Assembly (NCBI GenBank): GCA_943355005.1
Contig: CALRDV010000005.1
Coordinates: forward strand, 4,999-68,998
Origin: Patescibacteria group bacterium
GTDB taxonomy: Bacteria > Patescibacteriota > Microgenomatia > UBA1400 > MFAQ01
Direction of reading: 5' to 3'
DNA: 64,000 nt
Positions within the stretch are counted from its first letter, which is position 1. Each line of letters opens with the position of its first letter. Of the stretch, positions 46,331-54,725 are shown piece after piece. The notes below the pieces were generated by a model, which was not told where the DNA came from, did not search any database, and saw nothing but the letters and a program-made list of their open reading frames with translations. The translations under genes were made by a program, and so were the position numbers.

Positions 46331-47041
46331 ATGTCGCGACAAATAGATAAAATGTCTGTGTTTTTGCCGGCCTTCAACGAAGAAGCCAATCTCGAAAAGA
46401 CCGTCAAAAATGTAGTCGAAAATCTCAAAAAAAATGTATCGGAGTGGGAACTAGTCATCGTAAATGATGGTTCCAAGGATAATACAGGTAAAATCGCTGA
46501 TTCTCTAAGTAAAAATGAAAAAAGGATTTCCGTCATTCATCACAATCCAAACCGCGGTTACGGAGCCGCCTTCAAGAGTGGCTTGTATGCATGCAAATAT
46601 CCTTGGATTTCTTTTATCGACTCCGACGGCCAATTTGATTTCAAAGAAATTAACCGCTTTATCGATGCTCAGGATAGAACTAAGGCAGATATGGTAATTG
46701 GTTATTACTTGGGTAGAAAGGTATCTCTCTTACGTAAATTAAATTCGAAGGCTTGGCAGACTGTCGTCTTTATTCTGTTTGGGTTAAACGTTCATGATAT
46801 TGACTGTGGCTTTAAATTAATTTCCAAAAAGGTTATTGATAAGATTGAACCTCTGCAAAGCGAAAGAGGCGCATTTATAAGTAGTGAGTTTCTTATCAAG
46901 TCAAAAAAATCGGGATTTAAAATCGTGGAGATTGGGGTCCAGCATTATCCTAGAAAATTCGGAGAAGCTACCGGTGCTAAGCTAAATGTAATCATCCAAA
47001 GCTTCATCGACCTCTTCAAACTCTGGTACAAATTAAAATAA
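46331..47041 (+). CDS. Polyprenol-phosphate sugar synthase-like GT2
   Basis: Start placed at ATG 46331; PAFNEE, NDGSKD, NRGYG, DSDGQF, DIDCGFK. Confidence 0.9.
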   Translation: MSRQIDKMSVFLPAFNEEANLEKTVKNVVENLKKNVSEWELVIVNDGSKDNTGKIADSLSKNEKRISVIHHNPNRGYGAAFKSGLYACKYPWISFIDSDGQFDFKEINRFIDAQDRTKADMVIGYYLGRKVSLLRKLNSKAWQTVVFILFGLNVHDIDCGFKLISKKVIDKIEPLQSERGAFISSEFLIKSKKSGFKIVEIGVQHYPRKFGEATGAKLNVIIQSFIDLFKLWYKLK

Positions 47042-47052
47042 TACTACCCCTC

Positions 47053-47085
47053 GTCATTGCGAGGAGCAAAGCGAAGTGGCAATCC
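47053..47085 (+). repeat. Type B element, intergenic
   Basis: GTCATTGCGAGGAGCAAAGCGAAGTGGCAATCC. Confidence 0.88.
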
Positions 47086-47097
47086 AGGAAAACAAAC

Positions 47098-48597
47098 ATG
47101 AAAATACTTCAAAACATAAAGGACTTCGCCAAAAACCACAGACTTGAGTTTACTTTAATTTCTATAATTCTTCTGCTCGCTCTCACTCTCCGTCTGTATC
47201 GAATAGGCGACTTCCTAACCTTTCTGGGTGACGAAGGTCGAGATGTCCGTATCGTCAGGGATTTGATTACGAGGGGAAATCTTGTCTTCATTGGACCTCA
47301 GACTAGTATCGGGAATATGTATCTCGGTCCACTCTACTACTATATGATGGCTCCAGCTCTCCTCCTCTCCGGTCTGAATCCTGTTGGGCCGGCCGTGATG
47401 AATGCGCTTCTGGGCACTTTCACTATCTGGCTAACTTGGTTTGTGGCTCGGAAATGGTTCGGTAAATCTGCCGCTATTATCGCCGCTGGTTTGTATGCCA
47501 TCTCACCGGTCGCCATTATTTATTCCAGAGCTTCCTGGAATCCAAACCCCATGCCATTCTTCGCCCTGCTTTGTGTTTGGGGAATTTATGAAGTCTGGCA
47601 GAACAAAAAATATTTCTGGCTTCCTATTGTCGGAGTTTCTTTTGCCTTCGCGCTTCAGATGCATTATCTAGGATTGTTGCTTATCCCTACGTTGGGACTT
47701 TTTTGGCTCTTTTCCTTCAATCAAATCAAAAAAAATGTAGTACAAAAAAAGATTTTTGTCCGTCAAACACTGATAGCCATTGGCCTTTTCTTGCTCCTAA
47801 TGTCTCCACTTTTGTTGTTTGATATCAAGCACAATTGGATGAACTTCAACGCCTTTAAAGCTTTTTTCTCCGATCGTCAAACTACGGTAAATCTAAACCC
47901 GGTTAAATCAGACAGGTTCCTTCCGGTGATGCTTATGACGGTTTCCGACATGTTTTTAGCTAGACAAACTTTATTTGCTCCAATTGGCTTGGTGCTCACC
48001 TTACTACTTTCTATCTGGATTTATTTAAAGTCAAAGTGGAAAACACCCCTAAAGGTTCTCTTCCTTTGGCTTGGCTTGGCTATCTTAGGTCTTAGTGTCT
48101 ACAAACAGCACGTCTATATTCACTATTTAGGTTTTATTTATCCCGCTCTTTATTTACTTTTGGGCGCCTTACTCGGATTCTTGTTCGAACAGAAATTAGT
48201 TTTGAAAATATTATCTATTATTTTAGTAATATTCCTTTTTAGCTATTCCCTTATTTACAGTCCGATAAAAGAAACCCCAAACCGTCAGCTCTGGCGGACA
48301 GAAGCCGCCGTCGATCTTATTATTAAGGAGTCGTCTGGCCAGCCTTTTAACTTCGGACTTATTGCCAAACAGAACTACGACGAATCCTATCGATATTTTT
48401 TGGAAAACAAAAAGGCACCTGCTTTCAGAGGAGAAGATAAAATTACCGATCAGCTCTTTGTAATTTGTGAAGATGGTGACTCATGTGTACCGGAAGGCAA
48501 CACTGCTTATCAAATCGCTAAGTTTGGTCAGGCTCATGTGGTCGGCACTTGGAATATTGACTATCTCAAAATTTATCGTTTAACGCACTTCAAATGA
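47098..48597 (+). CDS. ArnT/PMT-like GT-C glycosyltransferase
   Basis: GDEGRD, GPLYYY, SRASWNP, multiple TM segments. Confidence 0.82.
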   Translation: MKILQNIKDFAKNHRLEFTLISIILLLALTLRLYRIGDFLTFLGDEGRDVRIVRDLITRGNLVFIGPQTSIGNMYLGPLYYYMMAPALLLSGLNPVGPAVMNALLGTFTIWLTWFVARKWFGKSAAIIAAGLYAISPVAIIYSRASWNPNPMPFFALLCVWGIYEVWQNKKYFWLPIVGVSFAFALQMHYLGLLLIPTLGLFWLFSFNQIKKNVVQKKIFVRQTLIAIGLFLLLMSPLLLFDIKHNWMNFNAFKAFFSDRQTTVNLNPVKSDRFLPVMLMTVSDMFLARQTLFAPIGLVLTLLLSIWIYLKSKWKTPLKVLFLWLGLAILGLSVYKQHVYIHYLGFIYPALYLLLGALLGFLFEQKLVLKILSIILVIFLFSYSLIYSPIKETPNRQLWRTEAAVDLIIKESSGQPFNFGLIAKQNYDESYRYFLENKKAPAFRGEDKITDQLFVICEDGDSCVPEGNTAYQIAKFGQAHVVGTWNIDYLKIYRLTHFK

Positions 48598-49148
48598 GTA
48601 ACACATTGCCTACTTCTCCACTGATTTGGCTTGATTTAGAATTCACCGACTTGGATGTCGACAAGGGGGTAATAGTTGAGATCGCAACTGTTGTAACGGA
48701 CGGTAATCTAAAGGTTCTTGGTACCGGTCCGGACATAGTCATTCACCAGCCGGAGTCAATTCTTACGACCATGGTCAAGTGGAATCAAAAACATTTTAGC
48801 GAGTCCGGCCTAATTACCGAGATTCGAAACTCTCAAGTTTCCGTGGCCCAAGCCGAAGAGGAAACCCTCATTTTTTTGAAAAAATATTGTGCACCTCACA
48901 CGGCTCTTTTGGCAGGGTCATCTGTTTATATCGATCGTGAATTTTTAAGGATATACATGCCAAATCTTTACGACTTTGTTCACTACAGAATAATTGACAC
49001 AAATACTTTAAAGGAGCTTATGCACCGCTGGTACCCCAGTATTCCCGATTATCCGAAGGTTGAGCCACATCGCTCTGCAGGAGACATTCTCGAGTCCATA
49101 GATGAGTTAAAATACTATCAGACCCAGATTTTTAAACTTAACTCATGA
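48594..49148 (+). CDS. orn: Oligoribonuclease (DEDDh)
   Basis: WLDLEFTDL, EIATVVTD, HFSESGL, DREFL, HYRIID, HRSAGDILESIDELKYY. Confidence 0.92.
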   Translation: MSNTLPTSPLIWLDLEFTDLDVDKGVIVEIATVVTDGNLKVLGTGPDIVIHQPESILTTMVKWNQKHFSESGLITEIRNSQVSVAQAEEETLIFLKKYCAPHTALLAGSSVYIDREFLRIYMPNLYDFVHYRIIDTNTLKELMHRWYPSIPDYPKVEPHRSAGDILESIDELKYYQTQIFKLNS

Positions 49149-49906
49149 CACCAAAACTTTCCATCGTCCTCAGTAACTACAACGAACACGCCAATCTCGA
49201 AAGGGGAGTCCTCGACGAAATGTATTCTTATCTTAAGACTGCCAAATATACTTGGGAAGTAATCATCAACGACGATGGTTCTACGGATGGCGGAGATAAA
49301 ATTATCGAAAACTTTTGTAAGAAACATCCCGGATTCAAAATGATTAGAGGTCAGCACGGGGGGAAGGCAGCCGGCATTTGGAATGGTATTAGGGAAGCCA
49401 AAGGGGAAGTTGTCCTCTTTACCGACATGGATCAGTCTACCCCTCTCAAAGAGGTCGAAAAACTATTGCCATGGTTTGATAAAGGCTTTGATGTTGTTTT
49501 TGGTTCCAGGGGTAAGATGAGAAAGAACTTCAATCTGATCCGCCAAGCTTCGTCCTGGTCCTTCAGAACTTTCAGAGGCATGATGCTTCTCCACGATGTA
49601 GTGGATACTCAGTGTGGTTTCAAAGCTCTCCGTACTCAAGTAGCCAAGAAAATTTTCCCAATGCTTTCGGTAATCAAAAGTAAAAAAACCGTCAGTAAGG
49701 GCTGGACTGTCTCCGCTTTCGATGTAGAGCTTTTATTTTTAGCCGAAAAGCTTGGAAACAGATTGAAAGAAGTCGACGTACTTTGGAAAAACGAAGACAC
49801 TTCTACCAGTAAGCAAAAAAGTTTTATCGGAGAGTCTGTAGACATGTTGCAGCAAATTATTCAGGTAAAAATTAACGACCTAAACGGCTTGTATGACCAA
49901 AAATAG
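49145..49906 (+). CDS. Polyprenol-phosphate glucose synthase-like GT2
   Basis: NDDGSTD, GKA, DMDQSTP, DTQCGFK, FDVELL. Confidence 0.88.
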   Translation: MTPKLSIVLSNYNEHANLERGVLDEMYSYLKTAKYTWEVIINDDGSTDGGDKIIENFCKKHPGFKMIRGQHGGKAAGIWNGIREAKGEVVLFTDMDQSTPLKEVEKLLPWFDKGFDVVFGSRGKMRKNFNLIRQASSWSFRTFRGMMLLHDVVDTQCGFKALRTQVAKKIFPMLSVIKSKKTVSKGWTVSAFDVELLFLAEKLGNRLKEVDVLWKNEDTSTSKQKSFIGESVDMLQQIIQVKINDLNGLYDQK

Positions 49907-51395
49907 ACTTGTTTGGCTTATTGTTCTGGCCTTCACCACTCTTGTATTATTTTTATTTTTTCGTCTTTACTCCTTAAACAAAATCCCTGTTTTTGTAGAT
50001 GAAGCCATATATGTCCGTTGGTCTCAAGTTATGAGGACGGAGCCAACACTCAGGTTTTTGCCTTTATCGGATGGTAAGCAGCCACTATTTATGTGGTTGA
50101 CCATGCCCGCCCTCAAATTTATTTCAGATCCTCTTGTCGCTGGCCGGACGATTTCAGTACTGGCGGGATTTGGATCTCTGATTGGTGTTGGGATTCTTGC
50201 CTTCGTCATCTTTGCCAATCCATTTATTGCCTTATTCTCGTCGCTTATTTATGCCATCGTCCCTTTCACTATGTTCTTCGACCGTATGGCTTTGGCGGAC
50301 AGCCTTCTGGCGATGTTTGGTGTCTGGTCTTTGATTTTTGCGGTAAAGTTTGCCAAAACTCTCAGTACCGAATACGCCATTTATCTTGGTTTTGCCATCG
50401 GAGGAGGACTGCTTACAAAGTCTCCGGCTATGATTTTTTATATCTGGTCACTTCTCACAGTCATTTTTTTCTTGGATCGGTCAAAAATAGATTTTAATAG
50501 CATCGGTAAATTTATTTGGGGAGTTTTCTTAGTCGTAGTAATATCTCAAGTGATGTATGGCGTTCTCAGATTGGGTGTCGGCTTCCAGATGATAGGCTCC
50601 AGAAATCAGGATTATGTTTATTCCATCAAGGAAGTGTTGAGTCACCCATTTTTGCCATTTATCGCAAACATAGAAACCACTGCGAACTGGCTTTTCTTGT
50701 TACTTACTCCCACTGTTCTGATTTTGGGAGTCCTCGGCTATTTAAATTCCCAAACCAGACGATCTTTTATTTTTCTTCTCTTGGTGTCTCTCTTACCACT
50801 TTTGTTCCAAGCGTCTATCGCCAAAGTCTATACCACTCGTTATATTCTTTTTGCCGTATTACCGCTTTTGCCTTTGGCCGGACTTGGTCTTCATTGGTTG
50901 TTTAGTCGCAAAGGGTTACTTATTAAGTCATCGATAATATTATTTTTATCCGTACCGATTATCATTACTTTTGTCTATCTGTTTAATCCTTCTGCTGCAC
51001 CCATGACTAGAGATATGAGTACCGGATATTTGGGTGAATGGACAGCGGGCACGGGTCAGAGAGAGGTTGCAGAGTATTTACTAAACGAAGAGGCCAAAGG
51101 AAACAAAATCGTGGTCTTTACCGAGGGAACCTTTGGGACTCTTCCGGATGGTTTACAAATCTATACCGAGGGTCACAAAAACATCACCATTGTGGGATCC
51201 ACTCCCAATATTTTTGAAATTCCTGAGGGTTTATTAAATACCAGCAAAGACAATCAAAGATATTATGTTTTAAATGCCTCAAGGAATCATCTGCCTGCCT
51301 CGGAAATGGCAAAACTCGAGCTAATCAAAGAATACCCCAAATTACCAAGACCGGACGGATCGCGCGAGGCTCTTCTCTTCTTCCGCCTGAAATAA
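49893..51395 (+). CDS. ArnT/PMT-like GT-C glycosyltransferase
   Basis: FVDEAIY, DGKQPLF, FDRMALAD, LTK, TRY. Confidence 0.82.
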   Translation: MTKNRLVWLIVLAFTTLVLFLFFRLYSLNKIPVFVDEAIYVRWSQVMRTEPTLRFLPLSDGKQPLFMWLTMPALKFISDPLVAGRTISVLAGFGSLIGVGILAFVIFANPFIALFSSLIYAIVPFTMFFDRMALADSLLAMFGVWSLIFAVKFAKTLSTEYAIYLGFAIGGGLLTKSPAMIFYIWSLLTVIFFLDRSKIDFNSIGKFIWGVFLVVVISQVMYGVLRLGVGFQMIGSRNQDYVYSIKEVLSHPFLPFIANIETTANWLFLLLTPTVLILGVLGYLNSQTRRSFIFLLLVSLLPLLFQASIAKVYTTRYILFAVLPLLPLAGLGLHWLFSRKGLLIKSSIILFLSVPIIITFVYLFNPSAAPMTRDMSTGYLGEWTAGTGQREVAEYLLNEEAKGNKIVVFTEGTFGTLPDGLQIYTEGHKNITIVGSTPNIFEIPEGLLNTSKDNQRYYVLNASRNHLPASEMAKLELIKEYPKLPRPDGSREALLFFRLK

Positions 51396-51424
51396 GGTCG
51401 TTCTTCCATATATAATTACATCAC

Positions 51425-53269
51425 ATGCGTTACTTTTTTCAGATCATTTCAACTATCGCCAAATTCGTTTCTCGCTACCGCATAGAATTTTTACTCTTAC
51501 TTCTTGTCATTCCCGCAATTAGCGATGTTTTTAAAGAAGGTTTTATGCCTATGCATGATGATCTTCAAGTTCTCAGGTTAGTTGAGGTCCACAAGTGTAT
51601 TTTGGATGGTCAGATACCTTGCCGATGGGTTCCGGATGCCGGTTTTGGCTACGGATACCCTCTAATGCAATTTTACCCTCCCATGCCTTATTACCCCATG
51701 GAGCTCATGGTTTTACTGGGGTTTGGATTTTTCTTCCCGGTTAAAGTCATGTTTGCTTTAGCTTTTGTTCTCAGTGCCCTCGGTATGTATTTGCTGGGGA
51801 AGGAGTTTTTTGGAAAATGGGGTGGCATCCTAGCCTCGGTGTTATACGTCTATTCTCCTTATCATTCTGTCGACGTCTATGTCCGTGGTGCTATGAACGA
51901 AGCTTGGGGGATGGTCTGGTTCCCGTTCGTCCTCCTCTACATCTACAGACTTGTCTCCCGCCAAGGCGGGACTCACACCGCCCCGTCATTGCGAGGTACT
52001 CCGTGGCAATCCAGTTTAGCAAAAATTAAATTTCAAGTTAGTTCGGATTTTATTTACCTCAGTATCGCCATAGCTCTTCAGCTTACTTCCCACAATGTTA
52101 TGACTCTCGTATTTGCCCCTACGGCCATTATTTGGGCATTATTCTGGATGTGGAAGCTAAAATCATTTGACAAGATAAAAGACCTCTTCTTCTCTGGCTT
52201 ATTCGCTTTAGGTCTTTCTGCTTTTTTCTTTATTCCTGTCGTGTTGGAGCAGAAATTTGTGCACGTAGACTCTATGACAAGTGGCTATTTTAATTATTTA
52301 GCCCATTTTGCCGACATAAAACAACTTTTTTGGACTAGATTCTGGGGCTATGGTGGTTCTACTTGGGGGCCGGAAGATGGCATGTCTTTCTCTGTCGGTC
52401 ATTTTCAGTGGATCGGCGTTATCCTCGCCGGCACCGTTGCCTCATTAAGACTCTACCGCCTCAAATTTTACAAAAAAAGCTCCGTCATTGCGAGTCTCGT
52501 AGTCGAGCCGAAGCAATCTCAATCCACCAAATCATCCTCATTAAACCTCATGATCCTTTTGACCATCGCTTTTGGTTTTGGTTATGCCTTCCTCACCCAC
52601 AGCCGATCCAGTTTTATATGGGAGAGACTTCCTGTCTTGCAATACGCTCAATTCCCATGGCGCTTGGTCGCTCTAATCGTTTTTTACTTTTCTTTTGCTA
52701 CCGGTTATTTAGCTACCGTCACTCTGCCAAAAATTTTCAAAACGGTTGCCCTTACTACACTTATTGTTAGTATCATTTTATTCAATCTTCCCTTTTTCAA
52801 ATTCGAACGCCATGTCAGAGTGACATTTCAAGAAAAATTGTCCGGACTTTCTTGGGAAAATCAGGTCACTGGAGGTATCTTTGATTATCTCCCGAGGACA
52901 GCTTCCAGACCTCCAGGAGATCCGGCTTTCACTATTCCCATATACATCGAAGGTCAGGGTGGCATTCTCAACTACCGTTCCGGGTCAAATTGGATTACTT
53001 TCGATGCTTATGTTTCTACAGACACTTCCAAAGTTATGATACCTATGTTTACTTTCCAAGGAATAAAAACCAAGGTGGATTCCAAAAAAGTGATTACCGA
53101 AATGGATCCTGACTTAGGCAGAGTTATTTTTAGTCTTGATAAGGGACTTCATCACGTCGAAGCCAAGATTGGCTATACCAAAGTCAGACTTATTTCCGAT
53201 CTATTAACTCTCTTTTCATTCATTCTTTTAATAAAACTACTTCGCGATGATCGAAAACACACCTCCTGA
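51425..53269 (+). CDS. PTPS-related/YfhO-like polytopic membrane protein (GT-C-like) with two repeat insertions
   Basis: HDD, GQIPCRW, GYGYPL..FYPP, YVRGAMNE, QFPWR. Confidence 0.78.
   Translation: MRYFFQIISTIAKFVSRYRIEFLLLLLVIPAISDVFKEGFMPMHDDLQVLRLVEVHKCILDGQIPCRWVPDAGFGYGYPLMQFYPPMPYYPMELMVLLGFGFFFPVKVMFALAFVLSALGMYLLGKEFFGKWGGILASVLYVYSPYHSVDVYVRGAMNEAWGMVWFPFVLLYIYRLVSRQGGTHTAPSLRGTPWQSSLAKIKFQVSSDFIYLSIAIALQLTSHNVMTLVFAPTAIIWALFWMWKLKSFDKIKDLFFSGLFALGLSAFFFIPVVLEQKFVHVDSMTSGYFNYLAHFADIKQLFWTRFWGYGGSTWGPEDGMSFSVGHFQWIGVILAGTVASLRLYRLKFYKKSSVIASLVVEPKQSQSTKSSSLNLMILLTIAFGFGYAFLTHSRSSFIWERLPVLQYAQFPWRLVALIVFYFSFATGYLATVTLPKIFKTVALTTLIVSIILFNLPFFKFERHVRVTFQEKLSGLSWENQVTGGIFDYLPRTASRPPGDPAFTIPIYIEGQGGILNYRSGSNWITFDAYVSTDTSKVMIPMFTFQGIKTKVDSKKVITEMDPDLGRVIFSLDKGLHHVEAKIGYTKVRLISDLLTLFSFILLIKLLRDDRKHTS
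51985..52012 (+). repeat. Type B element, in frame (SLRGTPWQS)
   Basis: Identical to the intergenic copy at 12139. Confidence 0.9.
52484..52519 (+). repeat. Type B element, in frame (VIASLVVEPKQS)
   Basis: GTCATTGCGAGTCTCGTAGTCGAGCCGAAGCAATCT. Confidence 0.9.
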
Positions 53270-54725
53270 CGCCCCATCGGTACTTGAAGTCCAAGAAGTA
53301 AAAAGACGGAGTATTTCCGGTGTCCTAGCTCTCATATCTCGTACTTTCATCATTCAAATTATCTCCTTTGTTGCCACCCTTGCTCTTACCATTTTTCTGG
53401 ACCCAAACACTTACGGAATCTTTTATCTTGTTTCTTCGGTCGTCAACTTTATGGCATATTTTTCCGACGTCGGTTTGGCCGCAGCACTAATTCAAAAAAA
53501 GGAAGCTATTACCAAGGAGGATCTCTCCACTACTTTTACTATTCAACAAATATTGGTTCTATCTCTGCTTACCATCTTGTTTGTCTTGTCTCCGATAATT
53601 CAAACTCAGTATCAAATTGATCAGTCAGGGATGTATCTACTTTATGCCATGGGTGTTTCTCTTTTCTTGAGTTCGCTAAAGACAATACCTTCCATCATGT
53701 TGGAACGGGAAATCAAATTCAATAAACTAATTCTTCCCCAAGTTCTGGAAACTCTTGCTTTCAATTTTGTCGCCGTCTTCTTTGCGTGGAAGGGTTTTGG
53801 AGTCACTGCTTTTACTTTTGCTGTTCTCGCAAGGGGAGTTGTCGGTCTGATTGCTTTATATATTGTCTACCCATGGAAGCCAATTTTCGGCATCAATCGC
53901 TCCTCGCTTTCTCATTTACTAAAGTTTGGTTTACCATACCAAGTAAATACATTTTTAGCTGTATTGAAAGATGATGGTATGACGATTATTCTGACCAGAA
54001 TAATTGGAACACAGGGACTGGGCTATATTGGTTGGGCCTCCCGGTGGGCCGGTTTACCTCTAAGAATTGTGATGGATAACTTGACTAGAGTTTCCTTCCC
54101 AACTTTTGCGAGACTCCAGCACGACAAAGAGAGATTGGCTAAAGCCGTCGAGATTAGTCTTAAATATATGTGTCTTTTAACTTTTCCGATTCTTGCCGGG
54201 ATGGGTTTCCTGGCTTTGCCCATGACCCACTTGATTCCACGGTACGCCAAATGGCTTCCGGCCATTATTCCTCTTTACCTATATCTGTACAATTCTGCTT
54301 GGGCCAGCATTAGCACCAGTCTGACAAATCTACTAAATGCTACCGGTCATATAAAATCTACTTTCAAACTCATGCTTATGTGGACAGGTCTCACTTGGGC
54401 CATTATGCCAATATTGTCGATTAAATTTGGGTATATGGGAGTTGCTTTTGCTACCGGAATTATTGCCACTTCTTCCATAGTCACCATTATTATGGCCAAA
54501 CAACATGTCAACTTTAGTATGATAAATATAGTTAGAACTCCTCTTCTCGGATTACTTCCCATGATCTTCTGGCTCTACTTGTCAGTCGGCTCTATCGGTT
54601 CATACACTACCTTGGTCGGCATCATCATTACTTCTGCTATCATTTATTTTGGTTCAATATATATTTTGGAAGGCAAATTATTTTTTACGGATACGCTTAG
54701 TTACTTCAAGATCAAACATGTTTAG
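53247..54725 (+). CDS. wzx: Wzx/WzxC-family oligosaccharide flippase
   Basis: FSDVGLAAALIQ, LLKFG, VSFPTFARLQ; about 12-14 TM segments. Confidence 0.88.
   Translation: MIENTPPDAPSVLEVQEVKRRSISGVLALISRTFIIQIISFVATLALTIFLDPNTYGIFYLVSSVVNFMAYFSDVGLAAALIQKKEAITKEDLSTTFTIQQILVLSLLTILFVLSPIIQTQYQIDQSGMYLLYAMGVSLFLSSLKTIPSIMLEREIKFNKLILPQVLETLAFNFVAVFFAWKGFGVTAFTFAVLARGVVGLIALYIVYPWKPIFGINRSSLSHLLKFGLPYQVNTFLAVLKDDGMTIILTRIIGTQGLGYIGWASRWAGLPLRIVMDNLTRVSFPTFARLQHDKERLAKAVEISLKYMCLLTFPILAGMGFLALPMTHLIPRYAKWLPAIIPLYLYLYNSAWASISTSLTNLLNATGHIKSTFKLMLMWTGLTWAIMPILSIKFGYMGVAFATGIIATSSIVTIIMAKQHVNFSMINIVRTPLLGLLPMIFWLYLSVGSIGSYTTLVGIIITSAIIYFGSIYILEGKLFFTDTLSYFKIKHV

Noticed and set aside
51506-51525. GTCATTCC starts at about 375, 6577, 28192 and 51506
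   Set aside because: There is no complementary GGAATC arm; these are ordinary Val-Ile-Pro codons.
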